This document shows, piece by piece, positions 1 through 7,698 of a DNA stretch of 64,000 nucleotides. The stretch comes from Myxococcota bacterium (GTDB taxonomy: Bacteria > Myxococcota_A > UBA9160 > PR03): contig JBFIML010000005.1 of the NCBI GenBank assembly GCA_041611735.1, forward strand, positions 7,525 through 71,524. Reading direction: 5' to 3'. The notes under the pieces are model-generated. The model was not told where the DNA came from, made no database searches, and saw only the letters and a list, made by a program, of their open reading frames with translations. Position numbers and translations under genes: made by a program. Numbering within the stretch: the first letter of the stretch is position 1; each line of letters starts with the position of its first letter.

Positions 1-2
1 AT

Positions 3-194
3 CGCATCAGGTTACACATCTACAACGTGAACCTCGGCACCAAGTCGGGTGACATCACCGCCTTGGGCGCCCTGAATTCCGGCGCGCCCATACCCGAGCC
101 GGGTACGGCCCTGTTGCTCGTTCTCGGACTGATCGTACTGCGCCTGGCAGCCATCCAAAGGCGCTGGGCTGATGCGACTGCTGATTGGCGTTGA
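3..194 (+). CDS. PEP-CTERM sorting-signal protein, C-terminal end only (5' part lies outside the window)
   Basis: Frame 3 reads ...LNSGAPIPEPGTALLLVLGLIVLRLAAIQRRWADATADWR, then TGA at 192-194. The P-E-P motif, hydrophobic helix and basic RR cluster form a canonical PEP-CTERM tail. Confidence 0.7.
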   Translation, partial: RIRLHIYNVNLGTKSGDITALGALNSGAPIPEPGTALLLVLGLIVLRLAAIQRRWADATADWR

Positions 195-635
195 GCCAGG
201 CCGCGTTAAGCCGAGGGATCCCCTCGACTCCGATATTGTTGAGGTGTCGCTCTTAGGAGTTGGGTGGCGTCAAGTATGGCCATTTTGGGCGACGGCTTTC
301 CCATGATTACGACGTACGGCTAATTTTCGGAGTCCTATGTGGCGACACCCTAAGAATCGAGGTGTGCGCCACCTGGGCAATCGATGGGGATGGGATGCCG
401 CGCCTCCCTCGCGCTGCTGAACGGTGCGCACCAGCTGCGGCAGGTCTCGATCGACATTGGGGGGCGCCAAACGCGATCCGATCGTGGCGCCGCTCACGTA
501 CGGCGACTTCCTCGCCGGTGCGGCGCGGTCGCCTTCGCGCTCATGCGCCTGTTCCTTCCCTGAAAAGTCGCTACCGCTTTCCCCCGCCCCCGGGTTAGGC
601 TGCGCTCTCGCAATCGAACGGAAGGAGCCTTGAGG

Positions 636-1052
636 ATGACGACCCCGCTCTGGTGCCTGCTGGGATTCGCGGCCTGGGCCTTGTTCCTGACCTTTCTTCT
701 TCTCGTCGTGCGCTCGTCGCAGGTGTTGAGCGGAAAGAAGAAGTCGAACGAGTTTCCGAGCGGCCTCCAGCACGGAAGCGATGCGGAGTGGCGACTCAAC
801 CGCGCCCAGATCAACACGCTCGAGTACCTGCCGCTGTTCGGCGCCCTGGTTTGCGTCGGCGCGTTGGCCGGCCTCAGCCACTCGACCTTCGAGACCGCCT
901 CGCTGGCAGCACTCGTCGGTCGCGTGGGCCAGTCGACGACGCACCTGATCTCGACCAGCGTGATGGCGGTGAACGTTCGCGTGACGTTCTTCGGCGTCCA
1001 GCTGATCGCGTGGACGGCGATGGCCGTGATCCTCGTGCGCGCGTACGCTTAA
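636..1052 (+). CDS. MAPEG-family small integral membrane protein
   Basis: ~138 aa with 3-4 hydrophobic helices. Contains an R..RAQ.N.LE.LP.F-type motif (WRLNRAQINTLEYLPLF). ATG at 636 is preceded by GAAGGAG at 621-627. The track ORF starts at TTG 630. Confidence 0.65.
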   Translation: MTTPLWCLLGFAAWALFLTFLLLVVRSSQVLSGKKKSNEFPSGLQHGSDAEWRLNRAQINTLEYLPLFGALVCVGALAGLSHSTFETASLAALVGRVGQSTTHLISTSVMAVNVRVTFFGVQLIAWTAMAVILVRAYA

Positions 1053-1188
1053 CGGTCGCCCTGCTCTGGAATCGGTACGCCCATGCGGTGCTGACCACAG
1101 CGCCCGCTGGCCGACATCACCATCAGGGTGACGACGGCGAGAACGACGGCCAAGACCAGCGCCAAACGCATTCCGCAACGGTACTTTC

Positions 1189-2733
1189 TTGAGCGTGTCC
1201 ACGCGCGGCGGAGAGATAGAGCGGTCCCCTCTCGCCTGGCGCTGGTTGCTCGCGCTCACGGGGGCTCGGCTGGCCGTGTACGCGTTTGCGAACGGCTCGC
1301 GCGCGTACGGCTTCATGACGGACGAGTACTACTACCTCGACTGCACGGAGCATCTCGCGCTCGGTTACGTCGACCATCCGCCTCTGTCCATCTGGCTGCT
1401 CTGGCTCGTGCGGGCGACGCTCGGCGACTCGATCGAGGCAGTGCGCTTGCTTCCCGCGCTTGCCCATTGCGTGACGCTGGTGCTCGCCGGCTGGCTCGCG
1501 CGCGAGCTCGGCGGTGGACGCCGGGCTCAGGCGTTCGCGGCCCTCATGACACTCACGTCTCCGCTGATTTTCGGCGTGACGGCTACGTACTCGATGAACT
1601 CACTCGAGTTCGTCCTATGGATGGCGGCCGCTGTGGTGATCGCGAAGCTGCTGCGCGGCACGACGACGTCCCGTTGGCTGAGCTTGGGGGCGATTCTCGG
1701 CCTCGGCCTGTTGAACAAGCTCAGCATGCTGTGGTTCGGTCTCGGATTCGCGGTGGGCCTGCTGGCGACCGATGCGCGTCGCCAGATCGCAACGCCCGGC
1801 CCGTGGCTCGCAGCGGCTCTGGCGGCATTGATCTTTCTCCCGAATCTCTTCTGGCAGCACTCGAACGGCTGGGCGACCGCAGAGTTCATGCGCGCCACGG
1901 CAGTCGAGAAACAGCTGACGTACACGTCCCCGGTCGAGTTCCTGCTCGTGCAGCTCTTCATAAACGGGGTCCCCTTCTGGCCAATGGGGCTCGTCTGGTA
2001 CTTCCGCGTGGCCGGCCGGCGACATCGGCTGCTCGGCTGGCTGTTCGGGACGGTCTTCGTCCTTCTGCTCGTCAGCGGCTCCGCGAAGCCCTACTACGCG
2101 GCTCCGGTCTATCCGATCGTCTTTGCCGCAGCGGGTGTCTGGTTCGAGGGTGTCGCGCGCATGCGTGTCTGGCTCGCTCCCGTCGCGGCCGCTGCGCTGG
2201 TCGGGATGGCCGTCCTCCTCGCACCGCTCGGGTTCTCTCTCGTACCGCCCGAACGCCTGGCTCGCGCGCTGGAGGAGCTGGGGGTCGGCGGTCTCACGGT
2301 CGACGTCACCGAGGCATCGCCTCTGCCCCAGCACTTCGCTCAGATGTTTCACGGTGAGGCGGTCGTGCGCGCCGTCGAGGAGGCCGCGACCACGCTGTCC
2401 GCGGACGAGCGGAAGAAGGCGTTCGTGCTCGCCGGACACTTCGGTGAAGCGGGGCCGATCAACTTTCACCGTCGCGAGCTGGACCTTCCGCCGGCGGTCG
2501 GAGGTCACACCGGCTACTGGCTCTGGGGCCCTGGCGACGCCACCGCCGACGTGATGATCGTCGTCGCCGAGCCGGGCTCGGCGCTCCTCGAGAACTGGAG
2601 GGAGGTGGTTCGTGTTTCCGCCATCGACTGCCTCTGGTGCATGCCGTATCTGACGGATAAGTCCCTCTACGTCGTGCGAGGACCCGAGCGATCCATCGAT
2701 GAGATCTGGCCCGAGCTGAGGGACTTCGAATGA
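1189..2733 (+). CDS. ArnT/PMT-like (GT39/GT83-type) membrane glycosyltransferase
   Basis: 514 aa and polytopic. N-terminal DEYYY...YVDHPPL motif, followed by many TM helices and a soluble C-terminal domain. The start is TTG 1189 or GTG 1195. Confidence 0.7.
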   Translation: MSVSTRGGEIERSPLAWRWLLALTGARLAVYAFANGSRAYGFMTDEYYYLDCTEHLALGYVDHPPLSIWLLWLVRATLGDSIEAVRLLPALAHCVTLVLAGWLARELGGGRRAQAFAALMTLTSPLIFGVTATYSMNSLEFVLWMAAAVVIAKLLRGTTTSRWLSLGAILGLGLLNKLSMLWFGLGFAVGLLATDARRQIATPGPWLAAALAALIFLPNLFWQHSNGWATAEFMRATAVEKQLTYTSPVEFLLVQLFINGVPFWPMGLVWYFRVAGRRHRLLGWLFGTVFVLLLVSGSAKPYYAAPVYPIVFAAAGVWFEGVARMRVWLAPVAAAALVGMAVLLAPLGFSLVPPERLARALEELGVGGLTVDVTEASPLPQHFAQMFHGEAVVRAVEEAATTLSADERKKAFVLAGHFGEAGPINFHRRELDLPPAVGGHTGYWLWGPGDATADVMIVVAEPGSALLENWREVVRVSAIDCLWCMPYLTDKSLYVVRGPERSIDEIWPELRDFE

Positions 2734-2794
2734 CCGAGGAGCTTGGGTTGCGTGCCAGCGAGCGTTCAGGTGAGGTCGGGGCGCTCCTCGAGCG

Positions 2795-2860
2795 GCCGCC
2801 TACGGCCCGCCCAGCCCGATCTCCCCCGGGGAGTTGTCACTTCGGGGCTTGTCGGACCTC
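2795..2860 (+). repeat. 66-bp direct repeat, copy 1 (partner at 5230-5295)
   Basis: gccgcctacggcccgcccagcccgatctccc[c]cgggga[gt]tgtcacttcggggcttgtcgga[c]ctcg. There are 3 mismatches to copy 2, and both copies have the same orientation. Confidence 0.9.
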
Positions 2861-3010
2861 GCTGGCCCGGAAGTTTGCCGAGCGCGTAAGCACGAAAGGA
2901 AAGCTTTCTATTTCGCCGAGGTCGCTCGCGGTCCGCTACGGGCCGATCCTGACGTCGCCGCGTCCCGATGGGAGGCCGGGGTAGGGCTGCTCCCCGCTCT
3001 GGGAGCCACG

Positions 3011-3208
3011 GGCGCAGCCGGACTCGCGGAGCAGACCAAGCATGACCATGCTCGCCTGCGCGATCTCGTGCGCGGCGCGTGGTCGAAGCACACGGTGGCC
3101 CAGCTCGGCGAGCTTCTCGAGAAGCACGTGCGCTTCGAGGAGCGCGTGCTCTCTCCGAGAGCGGAAGCGCTGCTGTTGGTGGCCGAGCTGAACTGGATCC
3201 GCGACGCC
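3011..3208 (+). pseudogene. Hemerythrin-like (HHE cation-binding) C-terminal fragment; no clean start or stop
   Basis: The translation ...HDHARLRDLV...LGELLEKHVRFEERVLSPRAEALL resembles the second half of hemerythrin-domain proteins (H...EE..LFP pattern). The ORF then runs on into Arg/Pro-rich read-through that overlaps the next gene. Confidence 0.3.
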
Positions 3209-3290
3209 ACCCCGAAGCCAGAAGGTCGCCGTGGGGCAGCCGCCGATGAAAGGACGGAACCGCAAGGCGGACACCCGCCGGCAGAGAGCG

Positions 3291-4625
3291 TCAGTTGCCG
3301 TCGGTCCGGCCCCCCAGCCCGTCCTCCGGTCCAGGCGCCGGCTTCAAGAGCCGTTCATAGACGGTCTTCGCAACGAACCGGTGGCCCTCGCTGTTCCAGT
3401 GCGTATCATCGTGCCACCACAGCAGCCGGTTGGAATTCAAGTACAGATCGTTCGCGGCTATCGTCATGGTCGGCGTCAAGTCCAGGAATTCGATAGCGCG
3501 CGACCGGCAGAATCTCTCGACGATCCGCGAGAACCCCGAAGGCTGCGTCGCCGTGCTTTCTGGCGCGGTGTTATCGATCACCCAGCGATAGATCTCTTCT
3601 TTGGACGGGATCAGAAGCACCTTGAACGTGGCCTTGTGTCGATCGGAAAGCTCCTTGATGGCTTCGAGCGTCAACAGGAGATTGGGGTAATTCTCGTGGC
3701 CGAGAAGTGCCTGCTCGGAGCGGCCGGCTCTCTTGTTGTAGGGTCCGTAGAACAAGATCTTCTTCCCGTCCCCGAGCTCCCTGACCAGAACCTTGTGCGA
3801 TTCATCGCCCTGAATGAGCCGTTTAGACAATTGCGCGATCACGGAGCGCTTCCGATAGTTCGACAGCTTGACCGACTGGACACCGACGAAACTTGCAACG
3901 CGCAAGTCCGCAGTATCGAAAGAGGGTCCGTAGGCTTCATCCAGGTCGTTGCCGGGGAAGAGTGCGAGTACGATGATCGGGTTGGCCTCGTCGAGACGGG
4001 GCATTTCCATCGCCAGGTTGATGTAGCTTTGCCAGGGGCTGCCGGGAATCGCGAGGTTGTATACGTGCAAGTGATACTCGCTTTCGAGCAGGCTGGCCCA
4101 GGTATGGTCCTGGGTCGTGCCGGTTCCCACGGCGAACGAGTCCCCGATCAGCAAGACGTCATAGGCCGCCTTGCCCGAACGCGACGGTTTGTTTCGGAAT
4201 CCGTAGGGGTCCGTGACGAACACGATGTTCCGTGGCTGCCGGAGGCTCGGGTCGGTCGACATCGCGGCCAGATCGCCAAAGGTCTGACGGATCACTTGCG
4301 CATTGGGTTTGTAGCGGGAAACCAGGGGTAAGTATGGCCATCGTTCGATGAGCATCTCGTGCGGTCGATAATACAGTCGCTCTTGGTAGAAGTTTCTCGA
4401 GACAAGATCCGCGAAGACGCCACACGAGCCCACGGAAACGATGAGCAGCATGATGTTTTCGATCAGGACCGGCTTTCCGGACCGGACATAGCGCCACGCG
4501 ACTGGCGCGATCAGTACTAGGATCACGAAGGCGACGAGTAGTGAGATGATTCCGATGACGAACAATCCGCCCAGCGCGAGCAGGGCAGCAGCACAAAGGG
4601 AAATCCGGTGCCCATTTCTCTTCAT
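3291..4625 (-). CDS. SGNH/GDSL-fold AlgX/AlgJ-type O-acyltransferase/esterase with N-terminal membrane anchor
   Basis: Begins MKRNGHRISLCAAALLALGGLFVIGIISLLVAFVILVLI (TM anchor). Block I is LLIGDSFAVG, and the C-terminal motif WWHDDTHWNSEGH matches the DTHW signature of AlgJ/AlgX-like enzymes. G+C is visibly lower than the surroundings. ATG at 4625 is chosen over the upstream Arg-rich extension to 4871. Confidence 0.7.
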   Translation of the reverse strand: MKRNGHRISLCAAALLALGGLFVIGIISLLVAFVILVLIAPVAWRYVRSGKPVLIENIMLLIVSVGSCGVFADLVSRNFYQERLYYRPHEMLIERWPYLPLVSRYKPNAQVIRQTFGDLAAMSTDPSLRQPRNIVFVTDPYGFRNKPSRSGKAAYDVLLIGDSFAVGTGTTQDHTWASLLESEYHLHVYNLAIPGSPWQSYINLAMEMPRLDEANPIIVLALFPGNDLDEAYGPSFDTADLRVASFVGVQSVKLSNYRKRSVIAQLSKRLIQGDESHKVLVRELGDGKKILFYGPYNKRAGRSEQALLGHENYPNLLLTLEAIKELSDRHKATFKVLLIPSKEEIYRWVIDNTAPESTATQPSGFSRIVERFCRSRAIEFLDLTPTMTIAANDLYLNSNRLLWWHDDTHWNSEGHRFVAKTVYERLLKPAPGPEDGLGGRTDGN

Positions 4626-4893
4626 GGCGCTTCGTTGTGGCTGTTGCGGGTTGGGAGCGCGTGGCCTGTCCCGGCGGTCTCTTCGCCCGTGGCGCCATCG
4701 ACGGATGGTTGATCGTCGGCAGTTCCCGGTGCGCCGCCCGGACGAATAGGATATTCCACAATCGCGACACCGGCTGGGCGCCGCCTGGGGTCGAACCTCC
4801 CCAGGAATTTGTCTGCACCGCGGGCACGAGGTCCCCGACGGGATCGAGTCCCGTCCGCCCCGCTGTCGCAAGAGGGCGCGCTCGCTCCGGGCG

Positions 4894-5262
4894 CTAGCGT
4901 GCGGAGAACACTCCTACGACATGGTTCACCCACATCGGGATCAGGGTCGCCCAATAGGCGACCATCCAGGTGAGGCCGACGAGACCGTCCCACGCGTCGG
5001 CGTCACGCGCCCGGTTCCTCAGGTGGAAGCTGAGCCTGCTCTTCGCCAGCGTGTATCTGCCGTGGCAGCTCATTCACCTGAGCGTTCTGCGTTCGGATGC
5101 GAGGACGAGCGCTGAGACGGCCGAACCCGGCACGGGGGTGACCTGGAAGCGGCTGGCGAGAGGCCTGCGTCGATCCAGGAGGAGGACTTCCCTGCCAGCG
5201 AGCGTATCGACGGTCCCGTAGAGATAGGCGCCGCCTACGGCCCGCCCAGCCCGATCTCCCAC
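4894..5262 (-). pseudogene. Interrupted ORF of unknown family with an in-frame TGA at 5074-5076; the distal part has a predicted TM helix
   Basis: The same frame reads ...GGAYLYGTVDTLAGREVLLLDRRRPLASRFQVTP...RTLR-TGA-MSCHGRYTLAKSRLSFHLRNRARDADAWDGLVGLTWMVAYWATLIPMWVNHVVGVFSAR, with stop TAG at 4894-4896. Its 5' end lies inside repeat copy 2. Confidence 0.35.
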
Positions 5263-5295
5263 GGGGAGCTGTCACTTCGGGGCTTGTCGGATCTC
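5230..5295 (+). repeat. 66-bp direct repeat, copy 2 (partner at 2795-2860)
   Basis: See copy 1. The two copies are spaced 2435 bp apart. Confidence 0.9.
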
Positions 5296-5379
5296 GGAAG
5301 CCTGCTTATTCGCCCTAGCCGCCGCAGCCCCCGCAACCCGACGAAGACCCAGGCCATCGAGCGTCGCCACTCTAGGATC

Positions 5380-5682
5380 TCAGGCCGTCGCCTTGAGCTC
5401 GACCCTCAGACGAAATCCCAGCGCGTCGAGAAGCGCCTCCAGGCTACGCAGCTCCGGGTTGCCGTCCTCGGACAGCATGCGGTAGAGGTGCTCCCGATTG
5501 AGCTGGGCAATCTCTGCCAGGCCCGCCAGTCCGCCCTCGCGGGCGCGAGCTACGTCGCGGAGCCCCAGGAGGAAGACCTCCGGATTTTCTTCTCCGAGCG
5601 CGGCGTTGAGGTAGGCGACCGCTTCCGCGTCGTCCTTGAGAACCTCGTCCAGATGGTCTCGGTAGTCTCTAGCTCTTGCCAT
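5380..5682 (-). CDS. HigA-type addiction-module antidote protein (HTH antitoxin)
   Basis: 100 aa: MARARDYRDHLDEVLKDDAEAVAYLNAALGEENPEVFLLGLRDVARAREGGLAGLAEIAQLNREHLYRMLSEDGNPELRSLEALLDALGFRLRVE. This matches the 'putative addiction module antidote protein' family pattern (AYLNAAL..., RE.LY..LS..GNP). Confidence 0.8.
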   Translation of the reverse strand: MARARDYRDHLDEVLKDDAEAVAYLNAALGEENPEVFLLGLRDVARAREGGLAGLAEIAQLNREHLYRMLSEDGNPELRSLEALLDALGFRLRVELKATA

Positions 5683-5945
5683 GGTCTTGACTCCGATAGT
5701 CGCGCCAGTACCGCGTCGGCGCGCTCGATGTCTCTCGCCTGCGATCGCTTGTCTCCGCCACAGAGCAGGATCACGACGGTGTCGCCTTCTCGCCCGAAGT
5801 AGACTCGGTAGCCCCCGCTTCGAGTCGCCGGGGTTGCCGAGGCGGAGCCGACCGATCCGAGCCCGGATCCTGGCCCGCGCCGCCCCGGTCTCTGAGTTTC
5901 CTTTCCTACTCGACGTAGGGCTCGGCGCCGTCCGGGCGGGCATAG
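5669..5945 (-). pseudogene. Eroded RelE/HigB-type addiction-module killer gene (in-frame stop, frameshifts, internal deletion)
   Basis: Toxin-family pieces are spread over three frames. These are ..EPYVE followed by TAG, then AARARIRARIGRLRLGNPGDSKR, then GGYRVYFGREGDTVVILLCGGDKRSQARDIERA, then a DYRSQDHGKS-stop tail overlapping the antitoxin start. The usual VG.GV.ELR.. segment between GD and GYRVYF is missing. Confidence 0.65.
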
Positions 5946-6077
5946 GCACCCGCGAAGGGTCGCCTTAAAGCTACAAGCCGCCACAGGGTCTTCGGCCCAG
6001 CGTAGGCGCACGTTGGCGACAAACCGGCGACAAGGCGTCACGCTCCGGAGTCCTTGTCTTCGGGGTCGTTAGGCCGC

Positions 6078-6111
6078 TCGCGGCCGGGTTCGATTCCCGC
6101 CGCCTCCACAA
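6078..6111 (+). other. Fossil 3' end of a tRNA-Ala or tmRNA-like gene (T-arm plus acceptor strand, no CCA)
   Basis: Reads ccggg-ttcgatt-cccgc-cgcctcc-a-caa. There is a T-loop consensus, and the 3' acceptor strand CGCCTCC would pair with GGGGGCG including a G3:U70 wobble. No matching 5' half occurs upstream, and the first T-stem pair is mismatched. Confidence 0.45.
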
Positions 6112-6635
6112 AATTTCGAAGCGGTTTCGAGGGCTTCCACCCCTCCCTCCGCCTGACGACGCCGAGGTCGGGCGAGTGGTGGGCCAGGTCGCCCGGCGCA
6201 TCGCCCGGCTCCTCGAGCGCCGAGGACTCGGCCCCGAATCGGATCCCGTTGTCGGCAGCGCTCGAAACTGGCTGCCTAACACGCCAGCTTCAGATCCGTC
6301 TGCGTCTGGAGCGGGTAGTTTCGCGCCCAGCGGCGCTCGCTCTGCGGCCATTGTCCGACAAGATGCTCGCCCTTGGCGATCGAGACTGTCGCCCCTTGAC
6401 CTCTTCCTCGTAGGCGTGAGATAACGTTTGACGAAGAGCCGTGGGCCGGCTCAGATGAACTCAGTTCGCGGGGCGGAGTCGAAGCGAATCGCAGCTTGCG
6501 TGAGAAGGGGGATGGATGCGCGTTCCCTCTTCCCTGTGCCCGGGCATGCGCAGCGGGCAGCGCGGTCGATGCGAGGACGGCTGAGACAACGATGAACCCC
6601 TTGAAACCGCGCAGTCGAAGAAGCGCGAGCAGCTG

Positions 6636-7622
6636 TTGGAGATGGGGGCTTTTCTGAACGAAACCAGGGGCAAGAACGCGCCCCCGGGCCTGGAACGTCT
6701 GCAACAGCGCACGGGAGAGATCCGGGGCCGTTCGAGGGCCGAGCGTGCCGTTGGTTCTCGGAACGCGACCGCAAGCGGCGAGAATGCAGGCGGCGCGCAA
6801 ACCGACGCAGATGGATTGGATCTCTACTTCCCGGTGAAGGCACACCGTGAGAAGTGGAAGGGAGACGGGAATCTGCTCGTAGCCTTTGCTCCGATGGGCG
6901 ACGAGGTAGACGTTTCCGAGATCGTGGCCTACTCGGTAAAGAACGGGAAAAGAATTAGGCTCGATCCCGCAAGAGAGCCCGATCAGGCCGTGCTAGTGAT
7001 CGCCATGGAAGAGCACGGCAGCCACGAAGCAGTCGCGCCTACGAAACAGGACGAACCCCAGGCCGCGGAGCGCGAGAAGCCCAACTTCGAAGGTGGCAAC
7101 CCGCTTCAACCCGAGCGGGAGGCGATACCGAGCAACTCCGTGCATGGAATCAAGTATCTCAAGATCTTCGATGGCAAGGAGCCCTGGTACAAGGGAGATC
7201 CAGAGATCTACCTGCTCTTTGGACGGGCGCAGGGCAACAGCTGCGTCGTCGGGCGCTACGAATGCGCCGCCGTCAACGACGAGAATCGTTGGTACGACCT
7301 CGACAGGTGGCATAAGTGCAAACCGCAACAGGTCGACGAGCGCCAGAGCGCTCTTTGGCCGGTACTGGACCCAAAGCGCGACAAGCTCGTTGTGTTCATC
7401 TTCGAAGATGATTCACGCTATTCGGATCGCGATGGTGTCTTCCTGGACCATTTCTATCCGGGAATCACCTGTGCCTGGCACAATGGCATCGTCCCATCTG
7501 CCCCCGACCGTGGCGACGATCTGGTCCAGCTGATCTGGACCTTTCGAAGTCTCTACCCGTACGGCTCCGACTACTATCACCGGGTCGGAAACGCGTATTT
7601 GGTCTGGCGCAAGGATCCCTGA
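6636..7622 (+). CDS. Hypothetical protein, no family recognised, no signal peptide seen
   Basis: The C-terminal two-thirds has ordinary protein composition (K/E/D/Y/W/F-rich, e.g. IKYLKIFDGKEPWYKGDPEIYLLF...YPYGSDYYHRVGNAYLVWRKDP) and lower G+C than the flanks. The start is uncertain: TTG 6636, ATG 6642, GTG 6834 or ATG 6894. Confidence 0.55.
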   Translation: MEMGAFLNETRGKNAPPGLERLQQRTGEIRGRSRAERAVGSRNATASGENAGGAQTDADGLDLYFPVKAHREKWKGDGNLLVAFAPMGDEVDVSEIVAYSVKNGKRIRLDPAREPDQAVLVIAMEEHGSHEAVAPTKQDEPQAAEREKPNFEGGNPLQPEREAIPSNSVHGIKYLKIFDGKEPWYKGDPEIYLLFGRAQGNSCVVGRYECAAVNDENRWYDLDRWHKCKPQQVDERQSALWPVLDPKRDKLVVFIFEDDSRYSDRDGVFLDHFYPGITCAWHNGIVPSAPDRGDDLVQLIWTFRSLYPYGSDYYHRVGNAYLVWRKDP

Positions 7623-7698
7623 GCTCCAGCCGGGAAGCGCTCTCGGCGGCGATTCGCTCGATTGTTGGAGAAATCGCTGAGTCACCATTGGAGGAAGT

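Noticed and set aside
260-1316. 348-aa minus-strand ORF and small ORFs in the 195-635 spacer.
   Set aside because: They lie antisense to the MAPEG gene and have low-complexity, Arg-rich translations. No credible start context or family resemblance was seen.
6176-6424. Possible IS91-type transposase fragment (RIARLLERRGLGPESDP).
   Set aside because: Only one short motif-like stretch is present, the rest of the frame is low-complexity, and I cannot support the family assignment.
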